From Candidatus Bathyarchaeia archaeon (GTDB lineage: Archaea; Thermoproteota; Bathyarchaeia; Bathyarchaeales; Bathycorpusculaceae), in contig JBEKXL010000001.1 of the NCBI GenBank assembly GCA_049512075.1, positions 128,001 through 192,000 on the forward strand: a stretch of 64,000 nt of DNA. The letters are read 5' to 3'. The notes beneath the pieces were generated by a model, which did not search any database, was not told the DNA's origin, and was given only the letters and a program-made list of their open reading frames with translations. Shown piece after piece: positions 39,392 to 48,270 of this stretch; position 1 is the first letter of the stretch, and each line of letters begins with the position of its first letter. The position numbers and the translations under genes are program-made.

Positions 39392-40270
39392 TCACTTTCT
39401 GATTTTTCCGCCGTTCTTCTGCACTAGTTCAGATAGTTCAGATACCGACGTATCCAAACGGTTTCTAGCAGTTTTGGGATCATCGGCAGTTGTTGAAAAG
39501 TGAAGTTCAATGTGCGATTTTTCCCCCTCAACCTGAACGATAGATTTCGTGTAGACGTGCGATTTCACGTAAACGTAAGGGTTGTTATGCATGACATTGT
39601 CAATCAATGGTGCCAGGTTTGATTCCATTATGCCTTCTGCATAAATGCTCGTCTCAAAGAAAGCAGATTTTCCAGCCTTTTTCTTGATGATTTCTGCTAT
39701 AGACTCGTTGAAAATGGCTTCCATTTCGGGAGGGACGCCTGGCAATGCAATTATGAACGTTCCTTCCACCATAGCCATCACACCTGGAGCGGTGCCAACA
39801 GGATTAGGTAGTGGCTGCGTGTCTTTCGGTAAGGTTGCCATTTTGACCCTTGGCGGCGTTAGTTCGACCCTCTCGGTTTTCCCCTGCTTCTTGAGGTAAG
39901 CAACATATTTTTCTCTTACCATTTCCAAAGCTTTTCCATTGACTTCGAGACTGCAATTTAGACCCTTGGCGATTCCTTCAAGTGTTTTATCGTCAAAAGT
40001 CGGCCCCAACCCTCCTGTCGTTATTATGAAACCGGGTTTTCGACGCAGCGTTTCTTGCAGAGTTTCTGCAATTTCGTCCACGTCATCGCCTATAACCACT
40101 ATTCTCTTGACCATCAGCCCCAGAGAGGTGACGCGTCTGGCTAGCCAAGTAGCGTTCGTATTCAAAGTTTTTCCAATCAGCAATTCATTGCCCACACAGA
40201 TTATTTCCAAAGAGTTCACCTTTGTTTCTAGTTCACTGGCTGGTGGAATATAACTGTCGCTCAGAGGCAA
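39392..40270 (-). CDS. CinA-like molybdopterin-binding-domain protein
   Basis: VGNELLIGKTLNTNA, TGGLGPTFDD, NPVGTAPG, LPGVPPEM. Confidence 0.9.
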   Translation of the reverse strand: MPLSDSYIPPASELETKVNSLEIICVGNELLIGKTLNTNATWLARRVTSLGLMVKRIVVIGDDVDEIAETLQETLRRKPGFIITTGGLGPTFDDKTLEGIAKGLNCSLEVNGKALEMVREKYVAYLKKQGKTERVELTPPRVKMATLPKDTQPLPNPVGTAPGVMAMVEGTFIIALPGVPPEMEAIFNESIAEIIKKKAGKSAFFETSIYAEGIMESNLAPLIDNVMHNNPYVYVKSHVYTKSIVQVEGEKSHIELHFSTTADDPKTARNRLDTSVSELSELVQKNGGKIRK

Positions 40271-40503
40271 ATCTGCGTTTTTTTCATGCAGCTATTCTCC
40301 ATTTCTTGGTTATCAAGAAATCGTTTTGAAGGTAAAGAATTGGGAGACAACAGACGTAAAACTTGTGACAAGAACAAGTTCCCTAATGGACATTGAGGGT
40401 TGAGCAGAAGGATATCTACAAACCTCAAAAGATTATTAGAAATGAACGATTTCCGGGCATCATGTTGTTTGCTGATTTTCGGTTTCGAAAGCTGCGTCAG
40501 GGT

Positions 40504-40710
40504 TTATTGTTTCTTGCTTAGATACCATTTAAGGTATTCTTTTTTCTTCCTTTCCCGTTCTTCTTCCTTCGATTCCAAGTTGGGTTTCAGTTTGTCCCTT
40601 AGTTCCATCAGTTCCTGCTGGGTCACAGACAGTCCGCAGCTCTTGCACACGTAGTGTTTGGTGGCTATCATGTACTGCATTTCGCCACCACATTCCGGAC
40701 AGTAGGGCAT
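40504..40710 (-). CDS. Small Zn-ribbon protein
   Basis: CPECGG...CKSCG followed by a charged helix. Confidence 0.8.
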   Translation of the reverse strand: MPYCPECGGEMQYMIATKHYVCKSCGLSVTQQELMELRDKLKPNLESKEEERERKKKEYLKWYLSKKQ

Positions 40711-40779
40711 TCTTGTTCACTTTTCTGTCTCATGAAGTGAGAATGGTTTGAGAAATAGCTTTCGCTGTGGCTGACAGGT

Positions 40780-41871
40780 TTAGGTAATGAGATTTGATAG
40801 ATTCGCTTCCCTAGCCAAACGAATTGCTCTGTGCATTTCATCACGTGTTAGCCTTCTGCTTAATTCGGGAACCTCAAACGACTTCCACCCGGGTCTATAT
40901 TGAAACATGAGGTTCACCCTTGTTTCGGCCCCCAAGTTTTTGGCAATCCAGTCAACGATTGGTTTTGTACAGCACTCTAAATGGTTCGGCAGAACAAGGA
41001 TCCTTATTATGAGTTCTCCATGTTTCTTAGCTTCCAAGTGATTATACACGCAGGTTTCCCAGTAGTTTGGAGCGTCGGAGATTTCTTTTGCGCATCGGCC
41101 GGGTCCGTACTTGAAATCTAGCAGGTAAACGTCTGCGAAGCCGGCCAAGAGCGCTGCACTCTCTGAGTTGTAGTAGCTGTTTGAGTTCCAAACGACAGGA
41201 ACACTCGTTTCAGCATGCTTGAACGTTTTGAGCCACTGCGGAAGCCACGGAGTAGGCTCTCCTCCCACGAGATTCACATTTCTGCAACCGCCAAGACGCA
41301 ACCGTTGAACCTTGCGAGCCAGATCTACTGGGTCGTACACTTGGCCATGTTCCATCCATTGAGATATGGTCCAGTTTTGACAGTGTTTGCACCGCATCGT
41401 GCAGCCTAGGGTGAAAACTGTTCCGGAAGGCACGAGTTCTGGCTCTTCGCCCATGTGTTCAAAAATGCTCGAGACGGTCATTTCCAGACCGCACCCACAG
41501 TAGCCTGACTTTCCCTCCAACCTGTTGACACTACATTTGCGGACGCAAAGATGACAAGAGGATAGGGTCCTATTTGCAATTTCGATTTTCAAGTCCAAGT
41601 AAGATTTCTCTGAAGTGGGCATTGCCCGAAAGTCTCTTCGTCCTTCGTCGATTTCTCTCTGAATTCTGTTGAATTCTTCTGTAAGTGCCGCGTGTTCTCG
41701 CCAAAGCTGCCTAGTGGAAGCGTTTCTGTGGAATTCTGTTGGAATCTTCTTAGCTATCAGAAATTTTGCTGGTGATTGGTTCTGCATGACGGCAAAGTAT
41801 CGGGCTAGACTCTTCTTGGCTAATCTATCGTTTAGTACGGCAATCGCATCTGGGCGTTGGAACATCCACAT
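40780..41871 (-). CDS. Radical SAM protein, PflX-like
   Basis: CHLCVRKCSVNR, HMGEEPELVPSG, CTMRCKHCQNW. Confidence 0.9.
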   Translation of the reverse strand: MWMFQRPDAIAVLNDRLAKKSLARYFAVMQNQSPAKFLIAKKIPTEFHRNASTRQLWREHAALTEEFNRIQREIDEGRRDFRAMPTSEKSYLDLKIEIANRTLSSCHLCVRKCSVNRLEGKSGYCGCGLEMTVSSIFEHMGEEPELVPSGTVFTLGCTMRCKHCQNWTISQWMEHGQVYDPVDLARKVQRLRLGGCRNVNLVGGEPTPWLPQWLKTFKHAETSVPVVWNSNSYYNSESAALLAGFADVYLLDFKYGPGRCAKEISDAPNYWETCVYNHLEAKKHGELIIRILVLPNHLECCTKPIVDWIAKNLGAETRVNLMFQYRPGWKSFEVPELSRRLTRDEMHRAIRLAREANLSNLIT

Positions 41872-41904
41872 CTTTGCTCAATTTCGCTTGAGGTTATCGA
41901 GTTA

Positions 41905-42960
41905 CTAGAACAAGGCGTACGGATAGGATTGCCCGCTTGCGTGCAGTTTGCCCTTAATTGGGATTTCTTGTCCACACACCGGACAACGCATGTCCTTTGT
42001 CAGATTCCACCGCGTTATCATGAAATTATAACGCTTAATCAAGGTTTCATTACAGTTCGGACAGTAAGTGTTTTCGCACGCATGCCCGGGCACATTCCCG
42101 ATGTAAACATAGTTTAGACCCGCATCCTTTGCGGCAACGTATGCTTTCTCCAGAGTTTCAAGAGGAGTTGCGGGGATTGTGGTCAGCTGATAGTCTGGAT
42201 GGAAACGCAGTAAGTGGAACGGCGTATCCTTTCCAATGCCATCCCTGATCCAAACGGCAAGCTCCTTAATCCTTTCAATCGAATCTCCTGATTTGGGCAC
42301 GATGAGGTTCGTGATTTCTATGTGAATGGCGTTCCGCCTCATTTCCTTCAAAGCCTCAAAGATCGGCGCAACTGAAGGAACAGAAGAAAAAGTCTTGTAG
42401 AATTCCGGGTCTGCACCACCCTTGAAATCCACCGTCGCAGCGTCCAAGTATGGAGCTATCGTTTTCACCGCTTCTGGCGTCATGTAACCATTTGTTACAA
42501 AAGTGTTGAAGAATCCTACTTGGCGAGCGAGTTTGGCAGTGTCGTAGGCGTATTCGAAGAAAATGGTTGGTTCAGTGTACGTGTAGCTTATTCCCTCGCA
42601 GCCGTTGTCTCTGGCGGCTTTTATTACCTCTTCTGGAGGAAAATGTTTGCCACTCATCTTCTTCTCTTGGCTTATCATCCAGTTGTCACAGAACTGACAG
42701 CGGAAGTTGCAGCCAATCGTGGCAATGGACATCACAGAGGCCCCTGGGTTAAAGTGGGCAAGCGGCTTTTTCTCAACGGGATCTATAGCTGCAGATATTG
42801 CCTTGGCATAGTTGAGCGAAAAAAGAGTCCCCCCTTCGTTCTTTCTTACTAAGCAAAAGCCCGTACCGCCATCGTTTATGAGGCATTTTCGGGCGCACAG
42901 GTGACAGTTGACCTTTTTGTCCGGTAGTTTTTCGTAGAGCATTGCTTCGTGAAGCGACAT
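41905..42960 (-). CDS. amrS: AmmeMemoRadiSam-system radical SAM enzyme
   Basis: CHLCARKC, DPVEKKPL, CNFRCQFCDNW, YTYTEP, RFHPDY, YVYIGNV, CPNC. Confidence 0.9.
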   Translation of the reverse strand: MSLHEAMLYEKLPDKKVNCHLCARKCLINDGGTGFCLVRKNEGGTLFSLNYAKAISAAIDPVEKKPLAHFNPGASVMSIATIGCNFRCQFCDNWMISQEKKMSGKHFPPEEVIKAARDNGCEGISYTYTEPTIFFEYAYDTAKLARQVGFFNTFVTNGYMTPEAVKTIAPYLDAATVDFKGGADPEFYKTFSSVPSVAPIFEALKEMRRNAIHIEITNLIVPKSGDSIERIKELAVWIRDGIGKDTPFHLLRFHPDYQLTTIPATPLETLEKAYVAAKDAGLNYVYIGNVPGHACENTYCPNCNETLIKRYNFMITRWNLTKDMRCPVCGQEIPIKGKLHASGQSYPYALF

Positions 42961-43013
42961 TCAACCAGCCTCTTGGCTTTTCATGTAAGTCTTAATCTCC
43001 GCAAATATAAGAT

Positions 43014-43631
43014 CTATTCGCTTGCCTCCGAATGCGGGTTCTCTCTTATCTCGAAAACCAATGGTGGAGACGCGGTTTTCGCGTCCAATTCTATATCGAG
43101 CAAGCCTTCAAGAAACCCAGCCCAGATTTCAGATTCACTGATAAAAGGCGTTTTTATGAGGAGATATTTGTCCTTCAAGTAGAAGTCGCCGAACCCTTGC
43201 ACTCTTAAGCGCTTGAAAACGTCCGGCCATTTCTCACGCTTTGTGGTTTGTATTCCAATCGCGGTTTCTATAGAAATTCTTGTGGCCTCGCCCATTTTCT
43301 TTCCGATATCACGCCATTTCTCTATCGGAACATTATTAATCAGAATGCTAACCAGCTCCGCATTTACGAAGGCTATCCGACTTATCCCGCAATAATACTC
43401 GCCTGGAAAACGCCAGTCATAAATCATCATGCTTCTGTAGACATCAAGCATTTTTGAAATAAGAGGCTTTATGCCCGGCTCCTTTCCTTCTTTAATTAAA
43501 GAGTCAACGAATTCTCTCTCATCTTTCTCCAGAATTATTGTTGTTCTCTTTGCTGAGGTCTCGTTTTTCCTCATTAGTTCTTGAAGTTTTTTCTCTTTGT
43601 CCTCTTGCATAACCGTTATATTTTTCAGCAT
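43014..43631 (-). CDS. Hypothetical protein, possibly an RHH-like N-terminus plus V4R-like domain
   Basis: KRTTIILEKDERE strand-helix; IGKKMGE...QGFGDF...AGFLEGLL pattern; true start probably ATG 43610. Confidence 0.65.
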   Translation of the reverse strand: MLKNITVMQEDKEKKLQELMRKNETSAKRTTIILEKDEREFVDSLIKEGKEPGIKPLISKMLDVYRSMMIYDWRFPGEYYCGISRIAFVNAELVSILINNVPIEKWRDIGKKMGEATRISIETAIGIQTTKREKWPDVFKRLRVQGFGDFYLKDKYLLIKTPFISESEIWAGFLEGLLDIELDAKTASPPLVFEIRENPHSEASE

Positions 43632-43745
43632 ATTTTATATGACTTGTGGTGCAGCAACAGGTAGTTGATATGCTTGGAACTTTAGACGATGCAGTTAAAA
43701 TATTATGTGACTCCATGTGAAAACTTCGCCCTTTAACTTTGACCT

Positions 43746-44010
43746 GCGCGCGCTAATATGTTGAAACACCTTTTGCATCATAGCCCGGCAAAGTCGCTCC
43801 CCTTTTTCACTTGTAATGTCAGATGTAATGTGTATTGTTACAAACCATGAAGAAAAACAGGCTGAACTACTGTTCAGAGTTGACTCGCCCTTTTATTTGT
43901 AATGTCAGATGTAATTTTCATTGCAATAGTCAGGGACTAGGTAGTGTTGCCCGTGGTACAGAGCCAGAACGGTCAGGTCTGGCAGGCTTGCTTCGCCGTT
44001 GCCGTCTACG
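43746..44010 (-). repeat. Copy B of the ~270-bp dispersed repeat, inverted relative to copy A
   Basis: Reverse complement matches 27812-28089; internal boxes at 43811-43829 and 43897-43915. Confidence 0.95.
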
Positions 44011-44833
44011 TCGCGCACGTTGCGTTCAGGTTTAATTTGCTTTCGCCTGGGCGCGCGAACCGTTCTCTGGAAGTTTTCCGGTGACGCTTGTATCTTGTCT
44101 TGAAGTAGTCTCTGAGCTACTTTGATCAGCTTTTTCTGTCCATCTTGAGCAAGCCGGAAGCAGGGAAGATCAAGGACTTGCTTATCATACAGTTCATGAC
44201 TAATTCTCAGAAGCTCTCTTGGGTGAACAGCTTCATCGCTGTCCACGAAGGCATCTAAGATCCGAAAACTATGGAGCTTAGCGGCACTAGTTACGAATGG
44301 AAGTAGGAGAGAACTGTCCCTTGCCTTAGCGCGCGCGGGTTCGCTGCAGGGGGTCGGCCGCTTTTAGTTCGAGCCCGCGCTAGAGCTTTTTGAATGGCAT
44401 GTTTTGGGCTGGAAAACTCTTTCTGCTCAATCACCAATAGTTTCTTCCTTTTCCTTGTGGCGATTTCTGTCCGATATCCGGTGGACTGTGAGATATGTGA
44501 ATACCAAAGCGCGCGCTAGTCATGTAAGTTGTCAACTTAAGTTGTCGAAGTTCGTAGACTAGAATCGTCCAGAAAGCGAAAATCGATGGAGCATCTAAAT
44601 CCGAAAGTCCGCCGACCTTCGCTGAGTTTCGCCAGAGGTCGCTGCATGGGAAAACGATGGTAGCGCGCGCACAAGTGCCATGAACACCGCGAGAAACAAA
44701 TATTGTGACCGAACGATTTTTAATAGGCTTAAGCCCCTTCTAGAATTGCCGATGAAGAAGCTTTTGCCTGAAAAGATGATGTGCTCTAGGGTATCTGAGG
44801 CGAAAGTTTCCTACGTGTAATGAAGCCCGTGCG

Positions 44834-45073
44834 TCATGAAATAACTTTGTTCTTGATGAGATACCACATGAGCACTAGTCCTATTATCAGCGAAACAAAT
44901 CCGCCGGTGAAAGAAAAGAAAATGCCTCGTTTGAGAACACTGGATGACAAATAAGTCACGTAGGGGGCACCGAAAGTGAACAGCCCCGCTAGGATGACCA
45001 ACAGTAGTTTCCAATACCTTGAACCCATCATTCCAGTTCTGGTCTCTTTGGTTTCTTGGGCCATACATATCAC
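44834..45073 (-). CDS. Small two-TM membrane protein
   Basis: Two hydrophobic helices; follows the PAC2 gene. Confidence 0.7.
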   Translation of the reverse strand: MICMAQETKETRTGMMGSRYWKLLLVILAGLFTFGAPYVTYLSSSVLKRGIFFSFTGGFVSLIIGLVLMWYLIKNKVIS

Positions 45074-45106
45074 ATGCCGATGATTATCTAAATTTCACGT
45101 TTTCTC

Positions 45107-45751
45107 TTATAACCCTTCCTTCACTTCGTTCCCTAGGGCTTTCATTAAGAACTTGAAGACGGAAAAACCAGCCCCGCGATCCGCTTTAAAACCCGTTGTT
45201 GCACCAAGCAGACATACGCCTTCCAAACCACGTTCCTTTGCAAGAGCCAATGTTAAACCTGTTGCCCCGACTATCCTGCCCTTGCTGTAGATTACTCCAC
45301 CTTTTTCCATAAACTCCAAGGCAAGCCGAGACGAAGTGGCTGCCACATACACCTGCGACTTTTCTTCGGTTATTGGCACACCACCGACCGTTACAAGGAA
45401 ACTGCAACCTTGTTTCTCAACAAAATCTAACGTTTCACCACAGAGTGCGTAGTGAGCGGCAACGTCGTCAAAAGAGGGCTGCGTGTCTCCAGTCATTATG
45501 ATGAAATCGTTCTTCTCCATAGGCGCCGCATAAAACTCGTAGCGGGGCAAACGGCAGATTCCTTTTGAATTGATTGAAACATAGTCTGGGAAATAAGGCG
45601 AATACAACTCTGCAAAGGGTTTTGCACTGCAGAATTTCAGCAAAAGATAAGCCGCGATCTTCCCGACGTTTCCGAAGCCGGGCAGACCCTGGACAAAAAC
45701 TGGATTCTCGAGGACCGGACTGGAAATTTGACGAAAATAGGGCTTTTCCAA
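45107..45751 (-). CDS. PAC2-family proteasome assembly chaperone
   Basis: QGLPGFGNVGKIA, GDTQP, VTVGG, IVGATGL, CLLGAT. Confidence 0.9.
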   Translation of the reverse strand: MEKPYFRQISSPVLENPVFVQGLPGFGNVGKIAAYLLLKFCSAKPFAELYSPYFPDYVSINSKGICRLPRYEFYAAPMEKNDFIIMTGDTQPSFDDVAAHYALCGETLDFVEKQGCSFLVTVGGVPITEEKSQVYVAATSSRLALEFMEKGGVIYSKGRIVGATGLTLALAKERGLEGVCLLGATTGFKADRGAGFSVFKFLMKALGNEVKEGL

Positions 45752-46021
45752 TCTAACTCACACCAACATCAATAGATAGAGAGTGTAAGTCTAAAATGTT
45801 TCCTTCCTCACAATTGTCAAATGGCTATTACAAATTGCTATCCTTGCTTCATAGATCTGAAGAGCCTACCAAGTCTTTCCACAAAACACGGAATTTTAGA
45901 AGTGCCAAGAACTTCAAGATATCTGCCACAAATGGTCATTGGAACAAGACACAGAAAACGCTTCCTGTATGTGAATGGTCATACGCACAAATCATTAATT
46001 CAACCCTAGAACCAAAATCGT

Positions 46022-46321
46022 TTGCCAGAACAAGATGTTGCAATAGGAACGGACATGCAAGTGAGAAAACTAGGATACGAAATCTTGTTGGGGATAGCTT
46101 TACTGTGCGTTTCTGTATCGTGTGTTATTTGGGTTTATAGCATGGTTTATGCCGCGTCTGAAGTTGGAAGCATGGAGCGCAAAGATATAAAGCAATGGTC
46201 CTTGGTTCTCGTACTCCTGAGCGTAACCACTTTGTTCATAGGAAGTGTTGGAGGATACCTCATCGGCAAGTATCTGCACGTCTCACATGGCCAACCGGAG
46301 TTTTCAGGCATGACGAACTGA
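46022..46321 (+). CDS. Small two-TM membrane protein
   Basis: Two hydrophobic helices. Confidence 0.5.
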   Translation: MPEQDVAIGTDMQVRKLGYEILLGIALLCVSVSCVIWVYSMVYAASEVGSMERKDIKQWSLVLVLLSVTTLFIGSVGGYLIGKYLHVSHGQPEFSGMTN

Positions 46322-46570
46322 AATGCGGGTGCAGGATAAGACCACAACCCGGGCATGCCCCTCGTCAGAACCTTGAGACAAGGTATTTGAACAGGCAATC
46401 CTTGAATTTCAGAACCCTCGCCTAAATCACCCAGATGATCTGACCGCATGATTTGTTCATCCTTCAACGGCGTACATTCAGAAACGTCAATTCCTATTTG
46501 TAATTCATAACCGTTTTATGCCAACATCAGCAAAACCTATTCTATCCAATCTCACGCGAGGACGTCTGTC

Positions 46571-48229
46571 TTGCCGGCCAAGGATTTCGAAAGGCTTCTA
46601 CTCGATTCCATCGATGAGGCGTTATCTTCAGTAGAGGAAAAGCTGAAGAAGGAAACTTATGCTCAATTGGAAAGTCTCGGCGTCCCAAGATATGAAATTC
46701 CCCGCCATATCGGAATGTTTACGAGAGTTATTGAAAGAGTGTTTGGGACAGGTACTGATGACCTTAAATTCTTGATATTGAAACGACTTCATGAAAAGAG
46801 TGGATGGCCCTTCAAAAGGATAGATTTTGACGAGATGACGTTCTCGGGACAGGTCGAGCGTGTATGCGGAAAAATGTATTCGGAAATCATCAATAATATG
46901 CAAAGCCCCGTGGTCGTCTTTCATCTTGAAGATATCAGCTATCCAAGCCCGCTCAGACTCATCGCCGTCAACCCTGGAGCGGCGAAAACAACAGGAGTAA
47001 ATGTTGAAAACACTATTGGAAAGACCATTGACGAAGTGTACCCCGAGATTTCTGGGACTGACGTCGAAAAGAACATTGTGGAGGTTATCCGCTCGGGAAG
47101 GGCTAAGAATTTAGGAAGGTTGCAGCGCTCAGGTGAGCACGCTCTTGGGGGCACCCTTTCTGCCACAGCCTTTCCTTTCTCTAGTAACTGCGTAGGTTTG
47201 GTTTTCAAGCCAGCTGCTGAACGCCAGGTTATTGCTGAAAGATTGCAGGAAGATGAAAAACACTTCGAAGATGACGCGTCAAACGTAGGTGAGTGGAGAT
47301 GGGAATTGGACACTCTAGGACGCCAAGTCTCCGCCGATAGATCACATGTGCGGGAAAGATGGATTCGAAAAGAAATAACTCATGAACCGCACCGCGCCGA
47401 CTATTTTTCGATAAGGGGCAAAGAATACCTAGAGAGCGGCGATTTGCCAAGGGCCAGAGAGTTCTTCCAACAGGCTGAAGAAATGTACCAGAGATCAAAC
47501 GAGACTGAAGACGCATTTGAAAACGCATCCCTACGTATCAGGACGTATCTTTTTGAAGAAAAGATGTCTTTGGAAGAATACTTTCAAGCAGTAGAGGAGT
47601 ATCTTCATAAATACGCAGATTTTTTTATGGATTGGAATTTCGTAGAAAATCTTGCCAACTACTGTCAATGGAAAGGTTACAAACATAACGAAGAGCACAG
47701 ATTTGAGGATGCCAGAGGATCCTATGCAGAAGCAGAAGAAATGTTCTTAACACTGAAGCAGAGGAACAAAGCACTTTTCAATGGATCTCGACGTATCCTA
47801 ACTTATGTAAACGAAAACATGCTGGAAACGTATGAAAAATCTGCCGAAGAGTTCTTCGACAGATACAGTGAATTCTCAGGAAACAAGTATTACAAAGAAG
47901 TGCACGCCCACTACTACTCCTATAAAGCCGACAAGTCAATCGACCCCCCCAAGACCATGGAATTCCGAAGCGAAGCTGAAAAACTCTTCCTAGAAATCAA
48001 TCAAAAAGAACTAGCGTTCAAGAACGCATGCAAGCTCCTTGATTTGTACTGGGAGAACATCCCTTCCAAAAATGAACAGTTAATCCAAAGATGTCTGGAT
48101 GCAACGGAAAGATTCTTTGAAAAATACCAAGGTTTTTCAGAACATGAGTATTACAGAAAGAGAATGGCTGAATATTACCTTTTGCAGGCTCGTGCACTCG
48201 CTTCGCAGTTGAAGGAAGTTTTGCGCTAG
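46571..48229 (+). CDS. Signal-transduction-like protein: archaeal helical N-domain, PAS domain, TPR-like repeats
   Basis: N-terminal LLLDSIDEALSS...IERVFGTG (DUF3227/NitrOD5-like, recalled); PAS motif VNPGAAKTTG...IGKTIDEVYP; repeated AEE/K(M/L)FL helices. Confidence 0.75.
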   Translation: MPAKDFERLLLDSIDEALSSVEEKLKKETYAQLESLGVPRYEIPRHIGMFTRVIERVFGTGTDDLKFLILKRLHEKSGWPFKRIDFDEMTFSGQVERVCGKMYSEIINNMQSPVVVFHLEDISYPSPLRLIAVNPGAAKTTGVNVENTIGKTIDEVYPEISGTDVEKNIVEVIRSGRAKNLGRLQRSGEHALGGTLSATAFPFSSNCVGLVFKPAAERQVIAERLQEDEKHFEDDASNVGEWRWELDTLGRQVSADRSHVRERWIRKEITHEPHRADYFSIRGKEYLESGDLPRAREFFQQAEEMYQRSNETEDAFENASLRIRTYLFEEKMSLEEYFQAVEEYLHKYADFFMDWNFVENLANYCQWKGYKHNEEHRFEDARGSYAEAEEMFLTLKQRNKALFNGSRRILTYVNENMLETYEKSAEEFFDRYSEFSGNKYYKEVHAHYYSYKADKSIDPPKTMEFRSEAEKLFLEINQKELAFKNACKLLDLYWENIPSKNEQLIQRCLDATERFFEKYQGFSEHEYYRKRMAEYYLLQARALASQLKEVLR

Positions 48230-48270
48230 GCATTTTAGGGTCAGTTCGTTTAGTGCGATTGTCTTCTTCT

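Noticed and set aside
39535-39575. Apparent insert in the CinA-like gene (VYVKSH-VYTKSI)
   Set aside because: Looks like an in-frame 18-nt tandem duplication with no BHB structure.
27812-44010. Repeat pair as a diversity-generating retroelement TR/VR
   Set aside because: Differences are not adenine-specific, they include indels, and no reverse transcriptase is present in the window.
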